DNA of 64,000 nucleotides from Pirellulales bacterium (GTDB lineage Bacteria > Planctomycetota > Planctomycetia > Pirellulales > PALSA-1355). Positions 19,337 through 29,179 of this stretch are shown in pieces. Where the stretch lies: the NCBI GenBank assembly GCA_963733035.1, contig CAVTBU010000005.1, forward strand, positions 2,816,001 through 2,880,000, given 5' to 3'. Within the stretch, counting starts at the first letter, position 1, and each line of letters begins with the position of its first letter. The translations under genes and the position numbers were made by a program. Under the pieces are notes generated by a model. It was not told the origin of the DNA, ran no database searches, and saw only the letters and a list, made by a program, of their open reading frames with translations.

Positions 19337-20125
19337 TCACTCGACGAATTTTCGAAAGTCCGGCGCACGCTTTTCGCGAAAGGCCGCCACGCCTTCGCGG
19401 TGTTCGGCCGTCTGGTAGTAGAGCGCCAGGGCTTGAAATCCCATCGCGGCGTTGCCCCGAATATGCTCGCTATCGGCATTGAGCGACCGCTTGGCGATGG
19501 CCAAGGCGGTCGGACTGCGCTCGAGCAACTCGGCGCACCAGCGCGCGACTTCGGCATCGAGTTCCTCGTGCGGCACCACCACGTTGACCAGACCCATCGC
19601 CAGCGCTTCTTGGGCGGTGTCGCGCCGGCAGAGGTACCAGATTTCTCGGGCCTTCTTTTCGCCGACGATTCGGGCCAGATACGCGGTGCCAAAGCCGGGG
19701 TCGACGGAGCCCACCTTCGGACCGACCTGGCCGAAGATCGCGCGCTCGGAGGCGATCGTCAAATCGCAAACCGTGGCCAGCACATTGCCCCCGCCGATCG
19801 CATAACCTTGCACGCGGGCGATCACCGGTTGGGGCACGTCGCGAATGGCGCTGTGAAGCTCCTCCACGGGCAAGCCGACCGTGCCACGGCCACCATAGCG
19901 CTCGCCACTGGGCTGGGATTTCTGGTCGCCGCCCGTGCAAAAGGCTTTATCCCCGGCACCGGCCAGCACGATTGCGCCGACCTTCTTGTTCCAACCCGCG
20001 TCCAGAATCGCCTCGATAAGTTCCTCGCAGGTTTTCGCGCGGAATGCGTTGTAGACGTCGGGCCGATTGATCGTGATGGTGGCGACACCGTTCTGTTCAA
20101 CATAGAGGATATCTTCGTATGACAT
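19337..20125 (-). CDS. badI: 2-ketocyclohexanecarboxyl-CoA hydrolase (crotonase, MenB-related)
   Basis: AFCTGGDQ, GRGTVGLP, GGGNVL, GPKVGSVDPGFG; directly downstream of a BadH-like SDR. Confidence 0.8.
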   Translation of the reverse strand: MSYEDILYVEQNGVATITINRPDVYNAFRAKTCEELIEAILDAGWNKKVGAIVLAGAGDKAFCTGGDQKSQPSGERYGGRGTVGLPVEELHSAIRDVPQPVIARVQGYAIGGGNVLATVCDLTIASERAIFGQVGPKVGSVDPGFGTAYLARIVGEKKAREIWYLCRRDTAQEALAMGLVNVVVPHEELDAEVARWCAELLERSPTALAIAKRSLNADSEHIRGNAAMGFQALALYYQTAEHREGVAAFREKRAPDFRKFVE

Positions 20126-20176
20126 GGCAATGTCCTTATGCGATCGTAGTGGTTGGCTCGTCGGCTCGCCGTGCGG

Positions 20177-20944
20177 TCAACCGTGCATGGTTAAGCCGCC
20201 GGAGACGCTGATGACTTGCCCCGTGATGTAACCGGCTTCGTCGCTTGCCAAGAACGCCACGATGCCAGCGATGTCGTCTGGCTGGCCAAGCCGCTTGAAC
20301 GGGATGGCGCGTTCCAGGGCCGCGCGGAGTTTTTGTCCCTGTTCCCCCTCTCCCGCAAAGGAAGAAAACAGCGGAGTGTCGGTCGGGCCGGGACAAACGA
20401 CGTTGAGCGTAATGCGAACGCCGGCGACCTCGCGAGCGAGGGTTTTGGTGAAGGCAATCACTCCGGCCTTTGCCGCGGCGTAGACGGCCTCTCCCGAGGA
20501 ACCCACGCGAGCGGCGTCGGAACTGATGTTCACGACGCGGCCGCCTCCCCGCGCGACCATTCCTTTCAGCACCACGTGATGCAAGTTCAGGGGGCCGATC
20601 AGGTTGACGTTGATCAAAGGTGACCAGGCTTCGGGTGAGGTTTCCAGAAAAGCTCCGGCCTGGTCCCATCCGGCGTTGTTGACAAGAATATCGGTTGGGC
20701 CGTTTTGCTGCTCAAGCGCGCTGACAGCCTCGGCGACTGCGGCATATTCGGTGATGTCGACCTCGCGAGCCATGGCGCGACAGCCGGCCCGGCGGAGTTG
20801 CCAGGCCGTTTCCTCACCTGACTCGGCGTTGCGGTCGAGCACACCGACGACGACGTTCTCTTCGGCCAGACGCCGCGCGATCGCTCGGCCGATGGCGCCG
20901 CCCCCGCCCGTGACGATCGCGACCTTGTCTTGCAATCCGCGCAT
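20177..20944 (-). CDS. badH: 2-hydroxycyclohexanecarboxyl-CoA dehydrogenase (SDR)
   Basis: TGGGGAIG, NNAGWD, SSDAARVGSSGEAVYAAAK, CPGPTDTPL, SVSGGLTMHG. Confidence 0.82.
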   Translation of the reverse strand: MRGLQDKVAIVTGGGGAIGRAIARRLAEENVVVGVLDRNAESGEETAWQLRRAGCRAMAREVDITEYAAVAEAVSALEQQNGPTDILVNNAGWDQAGAFLETSPEAWSPLINVNLIGPLNLHHVVLKGMVARGGGRVVNISSDAARVGSSGEAVYAAAKAGVIAFTKTLAREVAGVRITLNVVCPGPTDTPLFSSFAGEGEQGQKLRAALERAIPFKRLGQPDDIAGIVAFLASDEAGYITGQVISVSGGLTMHG

Positions 20945-21247
20945 GGCGAGCCCTCAGCGTGCGAACGTGTGAAGTCGATGGACTTATGTTAGCGTCGTCG
21001 GCGCGGGCTGTCACATGGTGAGCCGCGGCCGGGCCACGCTGGCGAATTCGGTCGCGAGAGTAGGCTTCGTGAGCAACCTCAGGTATTGCGAATCGACGTA
21101 GGACCTCCAGCAGCGCGCTCTGATGAATGGCCTCGCACACGGCCAGTCTGCTTGTGTTATTCTGGAGCCTGATTTTGGCACGGGCTGGTTGGCTCCGCGA
21201 CATTGCGATCGTTTGAATCCTGCTGTACTTACCGGGTGAATACTGCG

Positions 21248-22726
21248 ATGCGAATTTGCTTGTTGGCGATTTTTGTTTTGCAACTTGGTGTTGGGCTGGC
21301 TTTTGGCGAGGGGGGCCTGGACGGATTGGCTCGGGCTGCCGCGGGACGGAGCCGGCGGGCTTCGAGTACGGACGAGAACATTGATGCCAATGGCGACGGC
21401 ACCTCGCCGCTGCCCGGCCAGACGCTGGTGGTGGCGGATTTGGATGGGCCGGGCGTGATCAAGCACATCTGGTGTACGGCCGCATCGCTCAATCCGTTTA
21501 TTGGCCGCGCGATGGTGTTGCGCATTTATTGGGACGGGTCCGAACGACCGAGCGTTGAGGTGCCGCTGGGAGATTTTTTTGGCGTGGGGCACGGCGCGAC
21601 GAAGTCGTTTCAGTCGTTGCCGGTGGGCGTTTCATCGTACGGCCGCTCGCGGAACTGCTTTTGGCGGATGCCGTTTGGCAAGCATGCCAAGATCACGGTG
21701 ACCAACGAAAGCGAGTCGCGATTTGGACCGGCGGCGTTTTACTACTACGTCGATTGGGACCAGCTCGACGAGCTGCCCGAGGATAGCTTGTATTTTCATG
21801 CCCGCTATCGCCAGCAAACGCCCGCCAAGCCAGGCGACCATGTGCTGTTGGAGACCGAGGGGCGCGGCCACTACGCGGGCACGGTCTACTCGGCTCATCA
21901 AACCCGGAGCGGATGGTTCGGCGAAGGGGACGACCGTTTCACGATCGACGGCGAGAGCGTGCCTTCGATTCAAGGCACCGGCACCGAGGATTATTTTGGC
22001 GACGCCTGGGGGTTCCGCGAGTTCGCCGGGCCGTATCTCGGCGTGAGCCTGTACGAGGGGCCACTGGTGGGCGATCGGGTGACCGCGTATCGCTGGCACG
22101 TTGAAGATCCGATCCGCTTCAGCAAATCGCTCAAAGTGTCGATCGAGCATCGCGGCAGCGTGTTCACCGAAGAGGGAAAACAGTTGTCGAGTTCCGGCCA
22201 ACGGGAAGATTGGGTCAGTTCCGTGGCGATGTGGTACCAGACGCCCGTGGCAACTTGGGACGAACCGCTGCCGCCGGCGAAGGAGCGCGTGGCGCCCTAC
22301 CAGATCCTGTTGGCCACGGCTCTAAAGTTCGAGGCCACGCCGGACAAAGTCGACAAGGCGCTCGAGGGGGTCACCTTCCGCCCCGAAGTTCCCGACGGAC
22401 GGATCAAATTCGATTTCGACGTGGAAAAGGCCGGGCTGTACAAGGTGTCGGCCATCATGGTCAAGTCGCTATTTGGGAGCCGCTATCGCGTGCTAATCGA
22501 CGGCGAACAGGCAGGTCCCGAGCTCGATCTGAACGGCGAAGCCTATGACTGGCAGGAGTACATGCTGGACCTGCATCGGCTGGAGGCCGGCAAGCACACG
22601 CTCGAGCTGGTTGGCTGCGGGGCTTCGGACAAGCAGCGATCGTTCGGCAAAAAGCAGTACGCAGCGGGCTTGAGCACGTTGCTGCTGCTGCGGATGGAAG
22701 ACATGGCCGGTTACAAGGAGGAGTGA
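21248..22726 (+). CDS. DUF2961/GH172-family glycoside hydrolase with C-terminal extra domain
   Basis: GPGVIKHIW, PSVEVPLGDFFG, MPF, WFGEGDD, GTGTEDYFG, YRWHVEDPIRF; signal peptide. Confidence 0.9.
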   Translation: MRICLLAIFVLQLGVGLAFGEGGLDGLARAAAGRSRRASSTDENIDANGDGTSPLPGQTLVVADLDGPGVIKHIWCTAASLNPFIGRAMVLRIYWDGSERPSVEVPLGDFFGVGHGATKSFQSLPVGVSSYGRSRNCFWRMPFGKHAKITVTNESESRFGPAAFYYYVDWDQLDELPEDSLYFHARYRQQTPAKPGDHVLLETEGRGHYAGTVYSAHQTRSGWFGEGDDRFTIDGESVPSIQGTGTEDYFGDAWGFREFAGPYLGVSLYEGPLVGDRVTAYRWHVEDPIRFSKSLKVSIEHRGSVFTEEGKQLSSSGQREDWVSSVAMWYQTPVATWDEPLPPAKERVAPYQILLATALKFEATPDKVDKALEGVTFRPEVPDGRIKFDFDVEKAGLYKVSAIMVKSLFGSRYRVLIDGEQAGPELDLNGEAYDWQEYMLDLHRLEAGKHTLELVGCGASDKQRSFGKKQYAAGLSTLLLLRMEDMAGYKEE

Positions 22727-22809
22727 GGGGCCATGCTATGCAAAGTGCGCATGCACATTGCGGGCGGTCTGCGTGGCTTGCGGCTTACAAAAGGGGCATC
22801 ATTGAAGGT

Positions 22810-22897
22810 GGCACGCGCTGGTAGTCAGTGACGTCACCTTTGGACCCTCCTTTCGCCGCTGTCACCGGTACTCAGCCATGCGTTGGCTGCGCGTGCC
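22810..22897. repeat. Degenerate REP-like inverted structure, copy B
   Basis: GGCACGCGC (22810-18) and GCGCGTGCC (22889-97) termini; internal hairpin CAGCCA/TGGCTG; between convergent genes. Confidence 0.5.
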
Positions 22898-22922
22898 TTG
22901 ATCTGGTAACAACGAGAGGAAG

Positions 22923-23654
22923 TCATCGGCCACCAGGCACCAGCCGGCGGTAGCTCAGCAGTAGAAGGGCCGTGCCGAGCAGCACGAGCGTCGACGGTTC
23001 TGGAATGTTCGTGACCGTCACGCTGTCGATGAACGACGTTCGATCGCCACCCAGGTGGTTGTTGCCGACGAACCGCAGGATGTGTGACCCGGCGGTTACG
23101 TTGGTGGTAAAGCTCGCCGGCTCGAACACGCCGAGGTTCGGAGTGACCGAACCGAGCAAAGCGTCGTCGAGGTACACGTCGATCGTGTTCGGCCCGAAGT
23201 CGATACTCCTTTGTCGACCAGAGGCCAAAAAGTCGATCGTCGCCGATCCGGCCTGAAAACCGGAAAGCACCTGCTCGATGTAGGCCGAGGTGCTGGAGTT
23301 GAAAGTGCCGTCTCCTCCTTGAATCACACCCGCCTGGCCCGCGGTGCTGGTGACTCCGTCCGCATTGCCATTGGGCGCGTTTTGGACGTCGAAGTTACTG
23401 CCATTGGCGGCAATGCCGCTGCCAGCGGGCGGGAACGTGGGGAGCAACGTACTAAACGTCCAGCCGATGCCGGGCGTGGCGGGATCAATCGACGGCACCG
23501 ACAACGCACTGTAGTCGCCAACGTAGCCGTACGCAAAGGTACCGCTCCCTTGGTCAGGCACTTCGAAGCCGTTGTTTGCAACCGCGATCTCGTTAGCCGG
23601 AGCGTAAGCTGCAATTCCCGCGCTGAACAAAAGAGCCAGGAATGTTGTGCGCAC
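22923..23654 (-). CDS. PEP-CTERM surface protein
   Basis: AAGGAG 8 nt before GTG 23654; signal peptide; NNGFE jelly-roll-like start; IPEPST, TM helix and RR. Confidence 0.88.
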   Translation of the reverse strand: MRTTFLALLFSAGIAAYAPANEIAVANNGFEVPDQGSGTFAYGYVGDYSALSVPSIDPATPGIGWTFSTLLPTFPPAGSGIAANGSNFDVQNAPNGNADGVTSTAGQAGVIQGGDGTFNSSTSAYIEQVLSGFQAGSATIDFLASGRQRSIDFGPNTIDVYLDDALLGSVTPNLGVFEPASFTTNVTAGSHILRFVGNNHLGGDRTSFIDSVTVTNIPEPSTLVLLGTALLLLSYRRLVPGGR

Positions 23655-23896
23655 TAGCGGTTCTCCTTGCACAAAGGGAGTGAACCAGTCACATCGACAA
23701 CTTCTTTACCGACATTTTCGGTTTGGACCGAGCATGGAATCGATCCAGCCTCGCAACAGCCACGGTTGTAACGACGCCTGCTTCCCGCGTCCAGCGTTTC
23801 CGTCGCATTTTGTCAAACCGCCCCGGCATCATGCCCGCGTGGCTGGAAACGTGCCAGCTTTGCGGGCGTAGCGTCCTCATCATGACGCGCGGACTG

Positions 23897-24106
23897 CTAC
23901 CGCAACGACTCTCCGCGAACGTAGAGCTGGAGGTTGCCGCACTGGTCGCACCTGCGGGCATGGACTTGCTGGCCGGCTGGTTTGCGAGCGTCTGGGAAAG
24001 TCTTGACGAACTGCATCTGGCCGAGCGTAGGGACTTCGCCGTCCGTGAATTGCTGTCCGCCGCAGTAGGGACAAGCGGGGCGGTCTGGTTCAGTGTGGTC
24101 GCTCAT
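23897..24106 (-). CDS. Small zinc-ribbon protein
   Basis: 69 aa with CPYC...CDQC; follows the hydroxypyruvate-isomerase-like gene on the same strand. Confidence 0.7.
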   Translation of the reverse strand: MSDHTEPDRPACPYCGGQQFTDGEVPTLGQMQFVKTFPDARKPAGQQVHARRCDQCGNLQLYVRGESLR

Positions 24107-24158
24107 GGGCGCCAATATAGCCGGTGGAGAGCTTCCCGTGGAAACGGTCCGCGACGCG

Positions 24159-25067
24159 TCAACGCGGATCCACGGCCCGATAGGCTTCGATCACTGCGAG
24201 CTCACCCTTGGCACCGGGCTGCGCGTTGCCGTGTTCCATGCCGACGATGCCTTGGTAGCCGCGCTGGTGCAGGTGGCGGAAGACGTGGGCATAGTTGATT
24301 TCGCCGGTCCCCGGTTCGTTGCGGCCGGGAGTGTCGCCGACTTGGAAGTAGGGGGTCTCGTTCCAGCAGCGGTCGACGTTGCCGATGAGGTTCCCCTCGC
24401 TGATCTGCTCGTGATAGACGTCGAACAGGATCTTGCACGAGGGACGGTTGACGGCGCGGCAGATGGTGTTGGCCTGCGAGGCCTTCCAGAGGAACTTGCC
24501 GGGATGGTCGACCAGGCGGTTGAGCGGTTCGATCACCAGCACCAGGTTGTGCGGCTCGACCACGTCGCAGCAGCGCCTGAGCAGGTCGATGGCTAGCGCC
24601 GTCTGGTACTCGTCGGCGAGCTTCGGGTTCACGTCGCCCAGCACGGCGGTGAGCCAGGTGGCGTTCACGCGGCGGGCCACGTCGACGACGCTTTCGATCC
24701 CGTGGAGCACGCCGTCGCGCACCGAGGCGTCCTCGCTGGTGAAGCTGGGCTTGTCGCTCGTGCCGCGGGTGGCCGAGATGACGCCCATCTTGATGTTGAG
24801 CCGCTGCATGGCCGCGGCGATTCGCTCCTGCTCGGCAACCGGGCGGCTCTTCATGCCGTTGTCTTCCCAGGCGCGAAAGCCACTGTCGGCGGCGAATTTC
24901 AGCTGATCGACCAGGTCGAGCCCGGCCGAATGCCGGAACATGCCGAAGTGGGGTGCGTAGTCGAGCGTGAAGGGTTTGCCTTCGGCCGCGCGGGCGGCGG
25001 GCAACGGGCCAAGCGCCGCGGCGGCGCCCAGCGCACTCGAGCGAAGCAGGAAATCTCGACGGTTCAT
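24159..25067 (-). CDS. Tat-exported hydroxypyruvate isomerase / xylose-isomerase-like TIM barrel
   Basis: MNRRDFL; EPLN, LFDVYHEQISEGN, QVGDTPGRNEPGTGEINY, GMEH. Confidence 0.9.
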   Translation of the reverse strand: MNRRDFLLRSSALGAAAALGPLPAARAAEGKPFTLDYAPHFGMFRHSAGLDLVDQLKFAADSGFRAWEDNGMKSRPVAEQERIAAAMQRLNIKMGVISATRGTSDKPSFTSEDASVRDGVLHGIESVVDVARRVNATWLTAVLGDVNPKLADEYQTALAIDLLRRCCDVVEPHNLVLVIEPLNRLVDHPGKFLWKASQANTICRAVNRPSCKILFDVYHEQISEGNLIGNVDRCWNETPYFQVGDTPGRNEPGTGEINYAHVFRHLHQRGYQGIVGMEHGNAQPGAKGELAVIEAYRAVDPR

Positions 25068-25117
25068 GGCAGACTCATGGATGTGATATCAAGAGAGCAA
25101 CGTCAACACGGCGGGCT

Positions 25118-26497
25118 TCACACGTCGCGCTCGATGCCCGGCATCGGCAGCTTGTAGAGACCATGTTCGTCGGGCAGGGTGAGCGGCAGCGTATCCCAAT
25201 CGGCAATCTTCTCAGGTGCGAGCGCTCGGGTACTGCCGAAGCCTTCCTCCCAGGTGACCGTGCGGCCGCTGTAGGTGGCCATGCGGCCGAGAATGGCGGT
25301 CATGGTGGCCGTGGCGCCGGTTGCCGCTTCGTTGTAGGGCGTGCCCTGGCGGATGGCGGCGAACAAGTCGTCGTGCTCGACCTGGTAAGGGTTACCAGCT
25401 TCTGATTTCTCGCCCCGCCGGGTGCGCGGGTAGCGCCACTGGCCGTCGGTCGATTGGATCTGGAATCCGCCGACGTCGGAGCGGCCCCGCGAACCAACGG
25501 CGAACTCGCCCACCAAGGGTTCGCAGCCCGGCATCTGGCGGCAGTAGCTGAACATCTTCGTGCCGCCCGGATAGGTGAACTCGACGGCATGATGATCGAA
25601 GATATCGCCGTAGTCCTTGCCGACGCGCATCAACCGCCCGCCCATGCCGAGCGCCTTTTCGGGATGATCGCCCAAGAGCCAGTTGCAGACGTCGAGGTTG
25701 TGGACGTGCTGCTCGACGATGTGATCGCCGCTGAGCCAGTGGAAGAAGTACCAGTTGCGAACCTGGTACTCCAGCTCCGTGAGATCCTTGTGATCGACGG
25801 GGCGCTTGATCGTGCCGCCGTTCCAATAGCAGTGCAGGGTGTGGATGTCGCCGATCGCGCCGTCACGCAGGCGGCCGATCGTTTCCAGGTAGCGGGTGTC
25901 GTGATGGCGCTGGAGGCCGACGCCAACTTTGAGTCCCTTGTCGTCGGCCGTTTCGGCGGCGGCCAGAATGCGGCGCACGCCGGGCGCGTCGGTGGCCACG
26001 GGCTTTTCCATGAACACGTGTTTGCCGCGGCTGACGGCGTATTCGAAGTGCTCGGGTCGAAAGCCGGGGGGCTGGCAGAGCAGCACGACGTCGGCCGAGT
26101 CGATGGCATGCCGGTAGGCGTCGAGTCCGACAAACTGCCGCTCGGCGGGCACCTCGACGCGCTTGGCCACCGAGGCGGGCACGGCGCCACCCGACGCGCG
26201 GCCGCCGCTTTGCAATGTTTTCAAACTCATGTCGAGCCGGTCGCGAAAGGCATCGGCCATGGCCCACAGCTTGACGGGCCCAGCGGTTTGCAGGGCATTG
26301 GCCGCGGCGCCGGTGCCGCGATTGCCGCAGCCCACCAGGGCGATCTTGAGCACCTCATCGCCAGCCGCGTGTACCGGCTGTGCAAGCGCCGTTAGCGAGG
26401 CGGCGGCGATCGCGGTGGACGAGGTTTGCAGAAAGCGGCGGCGCGACGAGCGAGCGTCGCTAGTGACCGAAGGGTCACTCTTGGAGGAGCCATTCAT
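25118..26497 (-). CDS. Tat-exported Gfo/Idh/MocA oxidoreductase
   Basis: SRRRFLQ; LVGCGNRGTGA, HVFMEKPVA, GDHIVEQHVHNLD. Confidence 0.92.
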   Translation of the reverse strand: MNGSSKSDPSVTSDARSSRRRFLQTSSTAIAAASLTALAQPVHAAGDEVLKIALVGCGNRGTGAAANALQTAGPVKLWAMADAFRDRLDMSLKTLQSGGRASGGAVPASVAKRVEVPAERQFVGLDAYRHAIDSADVVLLCQPPGFRPEHFEYAVSRGKHVFMEKPVATDAPGVRRILAAAETADDKGLKVGVGLQRHHDTRYLETIGRLRDGAIGDIHTLHCYWNGGTIKRPVDHKDLTELEYQVRNWYFFHWLSGDHIVEQHVHNLDVCNWLLGDHPEKALGMGGRLMRVGKDYGDIFDHHAVEFTYPGGTKMFSYCRQMPGCEPLVGEFAVGSRGRSDVGGFQIQSTDGQWRYPRTRRGEKSEAGNPYQVEHDDLFAAIRQGTPYNEAATGATATMTAILGRMATYSGRTVTWEEGFGSTRALAPEKIADWDTLPLTLPDEHGLYKLPMPGIERDV

Positions 26498-26639
26498 GGC
26501 GCATGCTCCCAGAAGGATGTACGATTGGCGGCTTGGCGCAGGCCAACGAGGCGGTGCGTCGTGGAACGCGGTTGCAGGCCATGGAGCGAGTTTATCATCC
26601 TAGCGGCGGAGAATCACCGGCAAGGCAAGAACTTTCGTG

Positions 26640-27261
26640 CTATCTGGCCGAAATCAAAACTTCTGCGACCAGGCGCAGGCCTTGCATGATCATTTCGATC
26701 GAGACGGTGCCAACGTAAAGAGCGGCGATGCGGCCGGCGATTTCGATGTACCGCTGAATCAGTGCGCCATTTCTCGGACGAACATAGTCGTAGGCGGCCT
26801 TGAGCACCAGCACAAGTAACGCCGAGGCGAGCACCGCCGCAAATACAATGACGCAGGCGGTCAGCGGATCGTGCCGTTTGCCCACGATGACGCTGGCGCT
26901 GATCGTGCCGGGGCCGATGAGAATCGGCATCACAATTGCGCCGGCCAGGTGCTGCGACTCGCCGCGCAGAATCGCAATGGCCGTCGTGCCCCGAAAAACA
27001 AACTGCAACCCGATGAGCAGAAAGACAATGCCGCCAAAGATCTGAAACGAGGCGAATTCGGCTTGCACGACGCTCGAGAAGATCACGTCTCCCAAGTACC
27101 GCGAAGCAGCAAAACACGACTCCGGCAATGAACCCCGCGCGAAGCATCACCCGGGCGAATTGCTGCCTCCCAAGCTTCTCCACGACGTCCGTCAGGTAGA
27201 TGATGAGCAGAAACGGGTTCAGCAGTGCAAACAACAGAGCGGCGGATCGGAGCTCGAGCAT
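26640..27261 (-). CDS. marC: MarC-family membrane protein (frameshift ~27090-27103)
   Basis: LFALLNPF in one frame; SFQIFGGIVF, MPILIGPGTIS, IEMIMQG in another. Confidence 0.85.
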
Positions 27262-27549
27262 CACGGCATGGTGGGCAGGTGGTTGCTGGCGAATGGAGGT
27301 CGGCAGCGGCGTCACGGCTGCTGGCGCGAAAATCCTCCGTGCAAGCTGGACCCCAGTCTATTCGTTATCCATCACGAACACGAGACGCAAGTTGATGGGA
27401 GACGCGACGAGGGAGGAGGCGTGGTTGCCATGTCCCGGACGAACCTGGCCAGAACCTGGGCCGGTTCGACAGGACTTTTGAATTCGCGCGGCGCTTTGAA
27501 CTAGACTGACGAGCATGAGCGAACTCAGACCCGAGGAGTCGTGCGGATT

Positions 27550-29145
27550 ATGAACCATGTTGCCATCATCCTGGCGGCGAGCCTTGCATACTGCGTGCCC
27601 GCGGTGGCCGAGCGGCCGAACATCGTCATCGTGCTTGTGGACGATATGGGGTTTTCGGACTTGGGTTGCTATGGCGGCGAGATCGATACGCCGAACATCG
27701 ATCGGCTGGCAGCGGGCGGTTTGCGGTTTACGCAGTTTTACAACGCCGGCCGCTGTTGTCCGACGCGCGCGTCGCTACTGACCGGCAGGCACCCGCATCA
27801 AGTTGGCATCGGGCACATGACCGAGCCGCCCGGGCAGCCGCTGGGAATTATCGGACCGTATCAGGGTTTTTTGAACGATGATTGCGTGACCATTGCCGAG
27901 GTGCTCAAGGGGGCCGGGTACCACACGTTGATGAGCGGCAAGTGGCACGTAGGCATGGAGTCGAAAGAGAATTGGCCGCGCCAACGGGGTTTCGACCAGT
28001 ATTACGGCTGCCTGAGCGGGGCCATCAATTACTTTCGGCCGGGCGGCGACCGCGGGATTACGCGAGACAACGAAGCGGTCGAGACCGACGACGCCTTTTA
28101 CGCGACCGATACGTTCACCGACATCGCTTGCCAAATGCTCTCGGACGTATCGCAGGCCGACGACAAGCCGTTCTTCCTCTATCTGGCATACAACGCGCCT
28201 CACTGGCCGTTGAACGCGAAGTGGGAGGAGTATCAGAAGTACAAGGGGAAGTACGCCGCCGGTTGGGAAGCCTTGATGCGCACGCGGCTGGCGCGGCAAA
28301 AGGAAATCGGCCTGTTCCCAAACGACGTCGAGCCCGCACCACACGTCGGCCCCAAGTGGGATTCACTCAGCGAGCGGCAGCGAGTCGACCTGGATTCGAT
28401 CATGGCTGCCTACGCCGGGTGCATCGATTCGATCGACCAGAACATCGGCAAGTTAACCCGCCACCTCGACAGCTTGAGCCGCCTGGACAACACAGTGATT
28501 TTCCTGCTGTCGGACAACGGTGCGTGCCAGGAAGGGGGTCGACTGGGCAAGGGGAACGAGGCGATGGTGAAGCATCCGCCGCTGGAAACGACCGACGGCG
28601 TCAGGCTGGGCTTGTGTTGGGCGAATGCCTGCAACACGCCCTTTCGGTTGTATAAGCACTTTGTGCATGAGGGAGGGTCGCACACTCCGATGATTGCTTG
28701 CTGGCCGCAGGTTATCTCCGCGCGGCGAGCCGGTGGGTTCGTGCGGCAAGTGGCCTACCTGCCCGATTTCATGGCCACTTGCGTGGAACTGGCCGGCACG
28801 CGATATCCCGAACGAGTTGGGCCTTGCGAGGGCGCGTCGCTGGTGCCGCTGCTCGAGGGAAGCTCGGCGCCAATCCACGTTGAACCGTTGTTTTGGGAGC
28901 ACGAAGGGAACGCGGCCGTTCGTTGGGGAAAGTGGAAGCTCGTGCGTGAGTACGAAAAGCCGTGGGAGCTTTACGACATCGAGACCGATCCAACCGAATT
29001 GCACGACCTTTCGACCGGCCATCCGCAACAGCGCGACAAGATGATCGCGGCCTGGCAACAGTGGGCCACAAAGAACGGGGTTGCGTTTCCGAAGCGATTC
29101 AACATGTATGATTGGCTGAAGACGAAGAACAGTGCCAGGAAATGA
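27550..29145 (+). CDS. Arylsulfatase (S1 family)
   Basis: RPNIVIVLVDDMG, CCPTRASLLTG (CxPxR), GKWH, APHWP, SDNG. Confidence 0.95.
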   Translation: MNHVAIILAASLAYCVPAVAERPNIVIVLVDDMGFSDLGCYGGEIDTPNIDRLAAGGLRFTQFYNAGRCCPTRASLLTGRHPHQVGIGHMTEPPGQPLGIIGPYQGFLNDDCVTIAEVLKGAGYHTLMSGKWHVGMESKENWPRQRGFDQYYGCLSGAINYFRPGGDRGITRDNEAVETDDAFYATDTFTDIACQMLSDVSQADDKPFFLYLAYNAPHWPLNAKWEEYQKYKGKYAAGWEALMRTRLARQKEIGLFPNDVEPAPHVGPKWDSLSERQRVDLDSIMAAYAGCIDSIDQNIGKLTRHLDSLSRLDNTVIFLLSDNGACQEGGRLGKGNEAMVKHPPLETTDGVRLGLCWANACNTPFRLYKHFVHEGGSHTPMIACWPQVISARRAGGFVRQVAYLPDFMATCVELAGTRYPERVGPCEGASLVPLLEGSSAPIHVEPLFWEHEGNAAVRWGKWKLVREYEKPWELYDIETDPTELHDLSTGHPQQRDKMIAAWQQWATKNGVAFPKRFNMYDWLKTKNSARK

Positions 29146-29179
29146 AGCGCTCGCAGCTCCTCTGGCGGCCCCGGGGGGC

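Noticed and set aside
19337..20125. menB (DHNA-CoA synthase)
   Set aside because: No men genes nearby; direct pairing with a BadH-like SDR and the GRGTVGLP segment favour BadI.
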